Source: an uncultured delta proteobacterium (GTDB lineage Bacteria > Desulfobacterota > WTBG01 > CAIYCZ01). From it: 64,000 nucleotides of DNA. The position numbers were made by a program, and so were the translations under genes. Each line of letters starts with the position of its first letter. Position 1 is the stretch's first letter. Below the pieces are notes generated by a model that made no database searches, was not told where the DNA came from, and saw only the letters and a list, made by a program, of their open reading frames with translations. The stretch lies in the NCBI GenBank assembly GCA_963803975.1, contig CAWDOY010000012.1, positions 1 to 64,000 of the forward strand, written 5' to 3'. Shown piece after piece: positions 46,588 through 57,303 of the stretch.

Positions 46588-47854
46588 TTACATGCCTCTG
46601 AATACGATGCAGCAGTTGGTGCCGCCGAATCCAAAGGCGTTTGAAAGCGCGATTTCATGGGACTGCCTTCGTGCCGTGTTCGGCACAAAGTCAAGGCCGT
46701 CATACTGCGGATCATGCAGATAATTTATTGTCGGCAGCAGTATACCCTGCTGCATGGCTTCGATGGTCAGCGCCGCTTCAATGGCTGCGGTGGCGCCGAG
46801 GCTGTGGCCGAGCTGCGATTTATTTGATGATATGGGGATATTGGCAAGCCCATCCCCGAACACCGTTCGCAGGCACTCGATCTCAGCCGCATCCCCTGTT
46901 GGCGTCGATGTGCCATGGGCATTGATATAGGCAATATCGGCCGGTGTCAACCCGGCATCATCAATGGCCTCGACAATAGATCTGATAACGGTTTTTTTAT
47001 TGGGCCTGATGAAGTGGTGGGCATCCGATGTCCAGCCCACGCCCAGCACCTCTGCCTTGGACGTTAAGGCCATAGGCCGCGAGCATTTCCTCTGCCGCAA
47101 GCACCAGCACGCCGCCGCCTTCGGAGAGCACAAAGCCCTTGCTGTCGATGCTGAAAGGCCGCGAGGCCTGGCCCGGGTCGGCAGATGCCCGGTCGCGCTC
47201 GTTTATTTTGATGGTGGCGTTCATATTGGCAAAGCCCTGTATGATCTCGGGCATGAGCGGCATATCCACGCCGCCGGCCAGCACGAAATCGCAGTCGCCG
47301 TCGCGGATCATGCGAGCACCGATGCCGATGGCATGGTTGCCCGATGCGCAGGCACCCTGCGGTGAAAATATGGGGCCGGTGAATCCCAGCAGCATCCCCG
47401 CCTTGCCCGCAGGCACATTGGCGCAGAGGTTTGGCAGCAGGTAGGGGCTCACCCTCATGGGGCCCCGCTCTTTCAGGTTTTCAACCGCCACGCGCATGGC
47501 GTCGGAGCCGTTGATGGCAGAGCCGATGAGGCATGCCGTGCGGGGGCCGGTCTCTTTATTCATCTCAAGGCCGGCGTTTTCCAGCGCCTCTTTGCACACA
47601 GCCATGGTGAGCATCACGAATGCGGCGTTCCAGTTGTAGACCTCCTTTTTGCTGGTAAAATCAAACCACTCGGGGTCCCAGCCCGGTATTTCACCCACCA
47701 CATCGGCACTGGTCTTCACCGCGCAGCGGGTGACTTTGCAAAACCCGGCCTCGCCGTTCACCGCGCGCTGCCAGGTCCGGGCAAAGTCCAGCCCCAGCGG
47801 CGTCGCCGCTCCGTAGCCTATCACAAATACGCGTCTGTTCTTTGGTGCTTTCAT
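46588..47854 (-). pseudogene. Beta-ketoacyl-ACP synthase II, frameshifted near 47060
   Basis: GACASGNHA in frame 1; SDAHH, NAHGTST, GHSLGA, FGFGG in frame 2. Confidence 0.8.
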
Positions 47855-47894
47855 GAACCGGATTAATTTAAAGAATTTTTTTGTAAGCATCATA

Positions 47895-49158
47895 CTATGC
47901 CACGCGCCGCAGGACAATACAGGAATTGCACCCGCCGAAGCCAAAAGCATTTTTCAGCACATGCTCCTGCGCAAAGCTTCGCGCGCCTTCGGGCACGCAG
48001 TCAATCTCGATTTCCGGATCGGGCGTGTAATTGATGGTGGGCAGCAGCGTATCGCGCAGCATGCCCTCCATGGCAAATATCGTTTCAATGGCGCTTGAGG
48101 CGCCCATGGCATGGCCGGTCTGCGACTTGTTGGCGCTCACCGGCGGCACGCGATTGCCAAAGATCTCCGTAAGCGCATCGGCCTCGACCTTGTCGCCCAC
48201 TTTGGTCGACGTGCCGTGGGCATTCACCGCGGCAATGTCAGCAGGCGCAAGGCCTGCATGCTCGATGCTCTGGCTGATGCAGCGCTTCACCGTGTCATAA
48301 TTGGGCGCCACGAAATGATGGGCATCGGAGGTCATGGCCCAGCCTGCCATCTCGATTTTGGGCGCAAGGCCGTGGGCACGGGCAAAAGCCTTTGTGGCGA
48401 TGATGACACAGCCCGCGCCTTCTGCCACCACAAATCCCCGGCGGTTTATTGAAAACGGACGGCTGGCATGTTCCGGCGGCTCATGCTCCTGCCCCTCCCG
48501 GGGATGGTAGGCGCCGTTCATGGTGGCAAATCCGCCGACAATGGGCTCGACCAGCGCAAAGTCAACCGCGCCGCAGATGACCACATCAGCCATGCCCTGC
48601 TGCAGCATCATGGCGCCTGCTATCATGGATGTGCAGCCCGTGGCGCAGGCGGTTATGGTTGCCATGATGGGGCCGGTGGCGCCGGTCATAATGGACACTT
48701 TCCCCCCGACCATGTTGATGCAGGAGTTGGGGTTGGTGAAAGGATGGGGCAGCTTGTTCTTATCGTTCAAGAGCCTGTCGGCGCTGATGACCGCATCGAG
48801 GCCGCCCACAGCTGAGCTGAAGGTAATGCCCACGCGGGGAGCAAACTCAGGCGAGATAACGATGCCGCTTTTTTCAAGGGATCGGTGCACGGTCAAAAGA
48901 CCGTATTTAAAGATGGGCGAGGTAAAGAGGGCCATATCGCGGGAGGCAAAATAGGGATAGGCCGAGAGATCAACTTCAGGCACCTGGCCTGCAATGGTCA
49001 CGGGAAAGTTTTCACGAAGGGGAAAGCGCGTGAGGGGCCCGATGCCGCTTTGGCCCGCGCAGGCCCGCTGCCACTGCGCGGCAAGATCGGTCCCGAGCGG
49101 AGAGACGGCATCGTAGCCGAGTATGACCGGGAGGCTTTCGCCTGCGGGCGGTTGACAT
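47895..49158 (-). CDS. Beta-ketoacyl-ACP synthase II (ATG at 49158 is one base out of frame with the body)
   Basis: Open frame extends upstream as VILGYDAVSPLG; TACATG, NAHGTST, GHAMGA, FGFGG. Confidence 0.85.
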
Positions 49159-49163
49159 ATGTC

Positions 49164-50225
49164 TCACCAGGGAATGAAGCGGTAGAGCTTGGCAAACATC
49201 TCGTACACCTCGATCCAGTTCTTGAGATCTTCAGCGCTCTTGAGATGCTCTTTCTTGTTGACCATGACCCAGCTCATGTGCGCCGCGCCGTCTTTGCAGG
49301 TTGAGCAGTCGCGCGTAGCTGATGTGCAGCAGCGGTGCATGGTCTTTAAGTCAGCGGCCCAGCGGATGAAGTGAATCAGGCGCTTTGGCTGCGGGTTGCG
49401 CGTGTCCACGGGTTCGGTCACCGAGGGGCATTCCATCCAGCCGAAGGGGCGGCCCATCATCATGCCCGTGGTGATGATCTGGTGATAGTATTTGCAGGAA
49501 ATGAGCGTTTCGGGATAGGTATCAAGCAGGCCATCCATCTCGGCGCGCACATCTTTGAGCTGCTGTTCATTCCACGAAAACCCGTCAACCTCCTCGTCAT
49601 TTGACAGAAGCTGCAAATGCACTTTCAGCCCGACGTCTTGTATCTTTTTCACCATGCGCTCGATGCGGCCCACCTGTTTAGGGGTGATGGTGTAGAGATA
49701 GTAGGTATAGGGGTCGCCCGCATAATTGCGGCTTGAAACGGCAAAGGTATCTTTGCCGCGAAGAATTTTTTCATCCTCCTCATCGCCCCAGAGCGATATG
49801 CCCACCATCATGTCAGGAAACCGGTCGCGGGGCACCTTGATCTGGCCGTTGGTGGCGCAGTAGGTGGGCAGGCGCTGGTAGAAGGCATCGATGCGGTCCA
49901 TGTAGAGCGTGGGCTCGCCGCCGATGAGAATGGCAAGGTTGACGCCGCGCTCTTTTTCCCGCTCCACGAAGGCCTCCCAGGCCGCAATGTCCATCTCCTC
50001 GGGCGCTGCCTGATCTTCATCGGATGAAAAAAAGAAGCAGCCCGTGCACCGCAGGTTGCAGCGGTTGGTCACATCGTAGATGGAGCTGCGGATATTGAGG
50101 CTTGATATGCGCTTGTAGCGTTCATACCAGGCCTTGTCGAGCATTGAGCTTATGAGTTGCATAGGTTCATAGAATGCGGGTGCGCACAGCGCACCCGACG
50201 CCTCAAATATATTTATGCCCCGCAA
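49164..50225 (-). CDS. Radical SAM protein with a C-terminal Cys cluster
   Basis: CNLRCTGC, GGEP, C-terminal CP..RCCTSATRDCSTC. Confidence 0.85.
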   Translation of the reverse strand: MRGINIFEASGALCAPAFYEPMQLISSMLDKAWYERYKRISSLNIRSSIYDVTNRCNLRCTGCFFFSSDEDQAAPEEMDIAAWEAFVEREKERGVNLAILIGGEPTLYMDRIDAFYQRLPTYCATNGQIKVPRDRFPDMMVGISLWGDEEDEKILRGKDTFAVSSRNYAGDPYTYYLYTITPKQVGRIERMVKKIQDVGLKVHLQLLSNDEEVDGFSWNEQQLKDVRAEMDGLLDTYPETLISCKYYHQIITTGMMMGRPFGWMECPSVTEPVDTRNPQPKRLIHFIRWAADLKTMHRCCTSATRDCSTCKDGAAHMSWVMVNKKEHLKSAEDLKNWIEVYEMFAKLYRFIPW

Positions 50226-51287
50226 CCTTGCGGCGGATCAACAGGCCCGCGGCAGAGGTTCTCCCCTTTTTCATACCCCGTGACCCAGACCGCCAGATAG
50301 GTGTCCACATAATCAAGCCATGCCTTGAACGTGTCCGGGTCGGTGGCATGGCGGTAAAGCTTTGAGGTCACCACGGCGCTGCCGGCAGCATAGTGCCTGC
50401 AATCAACGCAGTCCGTATCAGGCACACAGCAGGAGGCAGCGCGGTCCCAGGTGAGATCGGAGCGGTACTGCCGGAACGAGCGGCCAAGGCCGATATCGGT
50501 CGACGGGTTCATGCGCGGGTACGGGCATGCAGTAGAGCGCATGCAGCCCGAGCTTGTGCGTATGGGCTACAGCGCTGTAGGGCGAAAAGAGCACCTGCCG
50601 GGGATAGCGCTCAAGAAGTTCAAGCATTGTCTCCCGCGTCCGTGCAAGGGTTTCCTCCGTGTGCCGCAAGAGGCCATCATATGCCTCGGGTGCTGAAAAC
50701 ATATTAAATGTCACCTTGCAGCCATTGGCGCTCAGCTGCTCAATCACCGGGGCCGCCTCGTCGATATTGTCGCGCGTAAAGGTATAGACAAACACGGCCC
50801 GGCTGTCGCCCCGGTAATTATCTATCTGTTTTTCAAGCATATGCTTCTGCTTGCGCACCCGCAGGCTGGTGGCGTCATTGCCCCAGACCGACACGTGAAT
50901 CTTGTAACCAACGGATGCCTCGATGCGCTTTACACCATTGGTGGCGATGCAGCCAAGCGGTATCTCATCATAGCAGGCCTGCAAAAGCCCGGGCACAAGG
51001 GCAGGCTCGGCGCCGGCCAGCACCACGAAGGTGATGCCACGGGCTTTTTCCTGCCGCATCAGTTCGCGCCACACCGTCGGGTCTGCGTTGTCAATGGCAA
51101 ACTGCTTGTCGCCGGCATAGTAGTAGCAGCCGTCGCAGCGTATATTGCAGCGGTTTGTCATGTCATAGGTCGATTCGCGCAGGAAGAAATAGTTGCGTAC
51201 CTGCTCCCAGCGCTTGCGAACCGCAGGCTCGGCAAGCAGGTCGGCAAATCTGTATTTCGGGGTCGAGGAGGGCTGTGCAGCGCTCAT
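50213..51287 (-). pseudogene. Radical SAM protein, paralog of 49164-50225, frameshifted near 50530
   Basis: STYDMTNRCNIRCDGC, GAEP; C-terminal CPYPR..CCVPDTDCVDC in the next frame. Confidence 0.8.
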
Positions 51288-51301
51288 AATGCGATCACGT
51301 A

Positions 51302-51574
51302 TCAGGCTTTTGCCTGAAGCCGCTCCTGGATGTAGGCTGCTATCAGGCGTATGGCGCGCAGTTTGGGGTAGTCGTCCTCATCGATTTTGATGCCGTACTC
51401 ATCCTGCAGCACCAGCACGATGGTGGCAAGGTCCATGCTGTCGATGCCGATTTCATCCACAAGATCAAGATCAGGATCAAACGTTTCCGCCGTGATATCC
51501 TGCAGCTTCAGCTCGGTGATTATGATTTGCGCGACACGCAGTTGAAGCTCCTTTTCATTAATACCAGCAGACAT
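51302..51574 (-). CDS. Acyl carrier protein
   Basis: IGIDSMDLATI; RBS AGGAGG. Confidence 0.85.
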   Translation of the reverse strand: MSAGINEKELQLRVAQIIITELKLQDITAETFDPDLDLVDEIGIDSMDLATIVLVLQDEYGIKIDEDDYPKLRAIRLIAAYIQERLQAKA

Positions 51575-51613
51575 TCAACCTCCTTTATTAGCAAACAGTG
51601 GTCTTATGTAACA

Positions 51614-52001
51614 TTATTCAGCAAGCCGCTCGACAGTAAGCGTGCCGGTGCAGGCCGCCTCGCCGCCCAGCAGAATCGTGAAATTGTAGGCAGATACCGC
51701 TTTCTTTCTGTTCGCGCTTTAGCGCCAGTGTAAAGGGTTCCTCAGGCCTGACAGGCTTTTTAAACCGTACCCGCTTCACAGCCTTCAGCCGTATGCGCTT
51801 TCCCTCGTGCGCTTCTTTCTGCCGCGCAGCATCAAAGGCCATGGCGATCATGGCAATGCCGGGCAGTATCGGCTGACCGGGGAAATGCCCGTCAAACCAG
51901 GGGGAGCCCCACGGCGCAGTTGCGAGAGCCTCCAGCCGGTCAGGCTCATCGTTGGAACCACATTCAAGCGTATGCCATTTGGAAAGCATATATCTTAACA
52001 A
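51614..52001 (-). pseudogene. FabA/FabZ-like dehydratase, frameshifted near 51690
   Basis: WFDGHFPGQPILPGI, VRFKKPV; natural C-terminus (FTILLGGEAACTG..AE*) lies in another frame. Confidence 0.7.
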
Positions 52002-52207
52002 AATCTGACCTGATAGGGCAGATCATTCAGTGACTGTGTTCTTAATTATTAATAAAATGTATATGAATCGACCGTGTAGAGCCTGTGTCATCCTTCAAAG
52101 GATCACCTGTGCTGTTGCAAAACAATCATTAGGTGTGCGCAAGTATATGAAAAAACATGCGCACAGTCAATTGAATTGCTGTCAGACGCTCGATTTACGA
52201 AGCTTTT

Positions 52208-53028
52208 TCAGCCAGCCGGCTGCATGACGGGCCTGCCGATCAGTTGTTCAAGCGACACCGGCGCAAGATTTTTTTCTGCAAGCCCTGCAAGAAGCGCTTC
52301 GATCTCCTGCAGCCACATATCGACGGAGGCAGTCTCCATTTGGCATACAGTCATGCAGCAGGATAATATCATCAGGCCGGACTTTTTTCAGTATCCTTTC
52401 AGCCAAGCCCTCGAAGCGGCGATTGCCGGCGTCAAAGCCGCGGCAGCTGAAGGTGACACAATGCAAGCCCTGTTGTTTTAAAATGCCTCCCAGCTTCGGA
52501 TTGGTGATTCCTGCGGGCGGCCGGAAAACAAGCGGCCGTATTCCAAAGGCGCTTATGGCCTCCTGGGCCATGCGGATTTCCGACGCAATGTGTCTGCCGG
52601 GACCGCAGCATTAACAGCACGTCATGGCAATAGGAATGATTGCCCACATCATGGCCTCTGGCGATAATCTCCCGCATAAGATCCGGATGGCCCTGCGCTT
52701 TTTCCCCGATGACGAAAAAGGTCGCTTTCGCCTTGTTTTTCTCCAGCAGTTCCAGAATCCGGGGGGTTGCGGCAGGATCAGGACCGTCATCAAATGTCAG
52801 GGCAACCATAGTGCCGCCCGTACATCCGCGGCTGATGACCGGCAAAAAGAATCCAGCCTGCGGGAAAAACGGCGCGGCCAGATAGCACGCAACAAAGATA
52901 CCCAGCGGCAGCACCCAGAGCCACTCATTGACCATTGCCAGAACTATTGCCGCACCGGCGCACAGCAGGGCGATTTTCACGACCGGCAGCAGTGAAGATG
53001 AAGAAGGGGCTGATTTTTGCATATCCAT
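52208..53028 (-). pseudogene. Polysaccharide deacetylase (NodB) with membrane anchor, two frameshifts (~52590, ~52330)
   Basis: LTFDDGP, ATFFV, GNHSYCH, FRPPAG, IILLHD. Confidence 0.8.
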
Positions 53029-55202
53029 TAACCCAGGATCTCCACAGCGGTTATGCACTGGCCCAGCCCCAGCAGCAAAATTCCCCGGCCGTGCAGGGAT
53101 CCCGGCGCTGCACGGCACAGCCCTGCGGGCAACTCTCCCGCCCTGACACAGTCAACTGCTATGACGGCTGCCACAGCCGATGCGGAGGCGAACTCGCCGG
53201 TAATTTCCCGGTAATCGATAACCGGGCAGTCGCAGCCCGCGGCGTTTATAAAAAGCGCAAGCTGCTCCCTGCCCTTGTCGCGCGAGGCAGCCGGAATGCC
53301 TGCAAAGACAGCCCCGTACTTTTTGCTGATATTTTCAGACCCGCCCAGCACCAGCATGAGGTGTTGCATCGTCCGGTCACTGCAGGGATCATTGGAAATA
53401 AAAAGCGGCGCGATGCGAACTCCCCTTGCCGCATCAATTGGCTGAAGCAGCAGGCCGCAACCGCCGTCGGAGGCAATCGAGGCGCAGGCCGCGGAGGCGT
53501 CAAACAGCGGGGTCAATTTTTCATGGTATTCATCGGCGCCGATGACCATGGTCGTACCCGGGGCCTCATGGGCGATTAATCCTGCGCTGAAAAGCGCCTG
53601 TTCAAATGAATAATCGCCATCGGTCAGGGTAATGTTCGGGCCCTTTGCCTGAAAGTGGATTGCCACCTGCCCTGCGGGGGCATTATGCACGGAGCCGATA
53701 AAATCAATGGGGCTGGTGAAACGCTCTTCCGTTGAAAAAAGCCGCGAAAGAAAATCATGTGTTTCAGACAGCCCTCCCCAGCCGGTGCCAAAAAAAACTG
53801 AAGCTGGCGGTTCTGCACAGCCTGAGCTGCCGTGGGCGGCAATAGCCAGAGATAAAGCCATGCGCGGCAGCCGCTTGAGCCGCCGCACGGCACTTTCATT
53901 GAGACCCGCCATAATAGCCTTCGCCGGGGCCATGCCGCTGATGCCTGCCCCCTCACGCAGACCTGCAAGCGTCTGCGCAAAATTGCCTGCGCCGGTGAGG
54001 CAGGAGCTGCCCAGAACGGCAAAGGCGGTGCTGCGGCTTTTGGTTTGCACGGGTACGCCGGTTGCGGCGGGTTTGCTGAGCACGATTGATGCATTGTTGC
54101 CGCCAAAGCCGAAAGCATTGGAAAGCACTGTCGATACAGGCCTGCGAAGCGGCGAGCTGAGCGGGATCAGCTGCAGCGCAGGATCAGGCAGGCAGCATCC
54201 GGTGTTTGCCGGCAGTATGCCATGGACAATACTTAAAACGGAAATGGCCGCATTGATCGCGCCTGCTGCGCCCAGTGTATGCCCCACCGCGCCCTTGATG
54301 GATGATGCGGGCGGAAGCGGCATAGTACGGAAAAGGGCCTGCAGCGCCCGGGCCTCAGCCGCATCATTGTCAGGTGTTCCCGTGCCGTGCAGATTTATAT
54401 AATCAATATCTGAGGCTGCGCAGCCTGCACCGGCAAGAGCCTCGCGCATGGCTTGCACTGCCCCTGCACCGTCAGGATGGGGCGCGGCCGGGTGATAGGC
54501 ATCACAGGTCAGTCCGACAGCCAGCACCTCGGCCAGTGCCCCTGCAGGGGGATCAGTCGCAGCCTCTAAAAGAAGCATGGCAGCCCCCTCCCCGACCGAC
54601 ATGCCGCGTCGATCCTTGTCAAAGGGGCGGGCGCCTGCCGGATCGACAAGCTGCAGAGAGTTGAATCCGTAGTAGGTTAAGCGGCACAGGCCGTCCACGC
54701 CTCCGGCAAGCACGCGCCGGGCTTTGCCGCTTTTCAAAAGCTCCAAAGCTATTTTTAAGGCCACCATGCCGGATGAGCAGGCAGTCGATACGGTCAGCAC
54801 CGGGCCGTGGCACCCAAGAGCGCCAGCCAGGTAGTGGGCCACGGTGCCAGTGCCATGATAGCGAAACTTCTCTGGATCAGGAGCATTGTTTTTTAAAAAA
54901 AGTTCGCTTGCAGGCATGCCGCCGGTGGTGACCCCTATGACCATGGCATCCGGAGGGCCATGGGAAACGGCCATCGCCTCACGCGCTGCAATAAGCGCAA
55001 GGCCGTGGGTTCGCGGAACAGTGCCGGGGATGAAGGATGTGACTTCACCTGATGGCAGAGGGGGCTCGACTGATGAGGGAAAAAGAGCAAGCGGCGCAAG
55101 TCCGCATGCCGCTGTTTCAAGAGCTGCAATGGTTTGAGAAGCGTTTTCGCCGATGGGGCTTATGATCCCCAGCGAGGTAACAAAAACCCGCATGCTGCTC
55201 AA
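53028..55202 (-). CDS. Ketosynthase fused to a chain-length-factor-like domain
   Basis: N-half TACSSG, HGTGT, GHTLGA; C-half RRLKRL, TGWG, SPIDFIGSVHNAPAG with DGDYSFE in place of the catalytic Cys motif. Confidence 0.85.
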   Translation of the reverse strand: MSSMRVFVTSLGIISPIGENASQTIAALETAACGLAPLALFPSSVEPPLPSGEVTSFIPGTVPRTHGLALIAAREAMAVSHGPPDAMVIGVTTGGMPASELFLKNNAPDPEKFRYHGTGTVAHYLAGALGCHGPVLTVSTACSSGMVALKIALELLKSGKARRVLAGGVDGLCRLTYYGFNSLQLVDPAGARPFDKDRRGMSVGEGAAMLLLEAATDPPAGALAEVLAVGLTCDAYHPAAPHPDGAGAVQAMREALAGAGCAASDIDYINLHGTGTPDNDAAEARALQALFRTMPLPPASSIKGAVGHTLGAAGAINAAISVLSIVHGILPANTGCCLPDPALQLIPLSSPLRRPVSTVLSNAFGFGGNNASIVLSKPAATGVPVQTKSRSTAFAVLGSSCLTGAGNFAQTLAGLREGAGISGMAPAKAIMAGLNESAVRRLKRLPRMALSLAIAAHGSSGCAEPPASVFFGTGWGGLSETHDFLSRLFSTEERFTSPIDFIGSVHNAPAGQVAIHFQAKGPNITLTDGDYSFEQALFSAGLIAHEAPGTTMVIGADEYHEKLTPLFDASAACASIASDGGCGLLLQPIDAARGVRIAPLFISNDPCSDRTMQHLMLVLGGSENISKKYGAVFAGIPAASRDKGREQLALFINAAGCDCPVIDYREITGEFASASAVAAVIAVDCVRAGELPAGLCRAAPGSLHGRGILLLGLGQCITAVEILG

Positions 55203-55480
55203 GGGCTCGTCTCCGGCCGGTTCTGGTGTATATATTCCGCCAGGGCTTTCAGTGAGGCAAAGACCCTGATGCCAAGCTCCTTGTTGTCGATCCGAAGTCC
55301 ATAATCCTTTTCGATCATCATCACCAGCTCAAGCACATCTATGGAGTCAAGCCCCAGCTCGCCGCCCACAAGCCGGGCTTCGGCATCGATACTGTCGGGG
55401 GCGACGCTTATGAGATTGAGCGTAGCGACTATTTTGACTTTGAGTTCGCCTATGAGTTCTTCCATTGCGCCTTCCATCAT
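55199..55480 (-). CDS. Acyl carrier protein
   Basis: LGLDSIDVLEL. Confidence 0.9.
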   Translation of the reverse strand: MMEGAMEELIGELKVKIVATLNLISVAPDSIDAEARLVGGELGLDSIDVLELVMMIEKDYGLRIDNKELGIRVFASLKALAEYIHQNRPETSP

Positions 55481-55484
55481 CGCA

Positions 55485-55880
55485 TCACTCGACTTTCACA
55501 ACATCTGCCGGCCGCTGCGGTCCTCCGGCAGATAGCTTTTCACATGCTTTTTTAATCGACCATTTCATGAATATCGTGGCGTAATCCTTTCCTACAATAT
55601 ACATCCCCACCAGAAAAACCACATGTGCAGTTCCATACGTAAGCGGCCCGCCGATGATAAGGACCAGGGGCTGCTTGAGATACAGGGAGAGAAAGCCGAA
55701 GAAGGCAACCGCCGGCCAGCCGATGACATAGCTGAACAGCACCAGTACAATACCGAACTGCTCACGGGCCGTGGGCTTCCGCTTCAGACAGCGCAGGTCA
55801 AGCTCCTCCTGCAGAATGCGCTGAAAAAACTGCTTCTGTACAAGATTTTTCCGGCAATTTTGAACCAGCTTTTTAATCAC
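55485..55880 (-). CDS. Small two-TM hypothetical membrane protein
   Basis: Two hydrophobic segments; first gene after the promoter. Confidence 0.65.
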   Translation of the reverse strand: MIKKLVQNCRKNLVQKQFFQRILQEELDLRCLKRKPTAREQFGIVLVLFSYVIGWPAVAFFGFLSLYLKQPLVLIIGGPLTYGTAHVVFLVGMYIVGKDYATIFMKWSIKKACEKLSAGGPQRPADVVKVE

Positions 55881-55921
55881 GCCTTACAACGCCCTGCGTT
55901 CATGTTTCCGCTTGTCGTCAC

Positions 55922-55950
55922 ACTATAGACAAAAAGATCGCCACTGTCAA
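55922..55950 (-). promoter_or_regulatory. Sigma70 promoter for the FAS/PKS operon
   Basis: TTGACA-N17-TATAGT on the minus strand. Confidence 0.7.
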
Positions 55951-56087
55951 CACGGCAGCGTCTTCAGGACTTTCCCCAAAATTTATAGTGCTGTCATTAC
56001 GAGAGCGGACGCAAAATCGGATGTACGACAAAAGAAAAATGCGTGGGGTATGCGGGGAAGCAAAAGAATAAAACAGGGAGCCGGGAG

Positions 56088-57281
56088 TTACCCCTTTGCG
56101 GTCATGAAAGCGTCGACTATCACGTCGATTTCCGCCACCAGGCGCGCCGCTTCGTCGCGATCGTAGCGCACAGCGCGCTCGGCATAGCGATGGCAGTAGC
56201 GACAGTCATCGCAGAAGGTCTCCGCGCATTGGATTTCCCGGAAACCCTCTAAAAAATCCGCAAGCATTGCGTTGTCGATGAAGACGTTGAGTGCCAGCAG
56301 GCGCTGCCGCAACCTGAACATTCGCAGTGTCAGGCGCCGCTCTTCCGTGTCGAGCTGGAACAGGCTTTTGCGGCTCTGCTCCTCGATGCTTGGGTGGAAT
56401 CCGTTAGGATCTCCCAGCAGCTCGAGGGAGAGAATATCAAGCAGGTTTCCGTCGTAACGCCGGGAAGCGTATGCCTTTGTGGCACGCAAGAGCCATGCTG
56501 TCGAGCGCGATCGATCAATGATCTTAAACTCCTCGACACCCAGGGCCTCGTACAGGTGTAAGTCCTCTGGACGGATCCACCGGCTCGCGAGGAAGAGCTC
56601 TGGCTGCACCAATCGCCGGCGGGTACACTGCCATAGGTAAGAATCAAGCAGGGCGTGCGTTTGTTTGCCGCCCTGATTCTCCTGGGAGGCGTGCCCCACG
56701 CTGCATGCGTGCTCGGCGAGGTAATGGCAATGATAGATGCATGATATGTTCGCGAAGAGCACGATGCCGCACGAGAGGTTTGCGCGGATGCGCTCAAGCG
56801 CTGGGAAGTCACGGTTAAACTCACTGTATGGCAGGATCAGCGGATCGACGCCAAGGGATTCCTGGTACTTCAGTCTGGGCAGATTGGTGGGCCAACTGAG
56901 CACACTTCCCCGGATGCTCAATTCCGGGTAGTTGCGCCGAACCAGCGCCACAAGCGCTAAGTTCGAGATCGACACGTTGTCAACCCCAAGTTCAACTAAC
57001 CGCCCGATAAACGCGAGCAGGCGCTCTTTGCCCTCCTGCGTCTGCTCAAGATTTCCCAGGCACGGTGCATTGAGCAGGTAACTGAACGACAAGCCACGCT
57101 TGTGGGCTGCCTGGATGTAAGCGGCGGCGGCATCAAGGTCCACTGAAGGCAGCACGGAGCCCGCCCTGCCTCCACCCACGAGGTCATAGGGCAGCTTTGC
57201 ATAGACCGAAGTCACCTCGGGAATTTGCGCGAGTCCGTCAAGAAGTTCGATGTCCCAATTCGCAGCAACGCTCAATTTCAT
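56088..57281 (-). CDS. U32-family Fe-S protein
   Basis: GGGR, YLLNAPC, FANISCIYHC, QCT, WIRPEDL, FKIIDR, C-terminal C..CDDCRYC. Confidence 0.75.
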   Translation of the reverse strand: MKLSVAANWDIELLDGLAQIPEVTSVYAKLPYDLVGGGRAGSVLPSVDLDAAAAYIQAAHKRGLSFSYLLNAPCLGNLEQTQEGKERLLAFIGRLVELGVDNVSISNLALVALVRRNYPELSIRGSVLSWPTNLPRLKYQESLGVDPLILPYSEFNRDFPALERIRANLSCGIVLFANISCIYHCHYLAEHACSVGHASQENQGGKQTHALLDSYLWQCTRRRLVQPELFLASRWIRPEDLHLYEALGVEEFKIIDRSRSTAWLLRATKAYASRRYDGNLLDILSLELLGDPNGFHPSIEEQSRKSLFQLDTEERRLTLRMFRLRQRLLALNVFIDNAMLADFLEGFREIQCAETFCDDCRYCHRYAERAVRYDRDEAARLVAEIDVIVDAFMTAKG

Positions 57282-57303
57282 GGCCGTTCTCCAGAAGCGC
57301 GGA

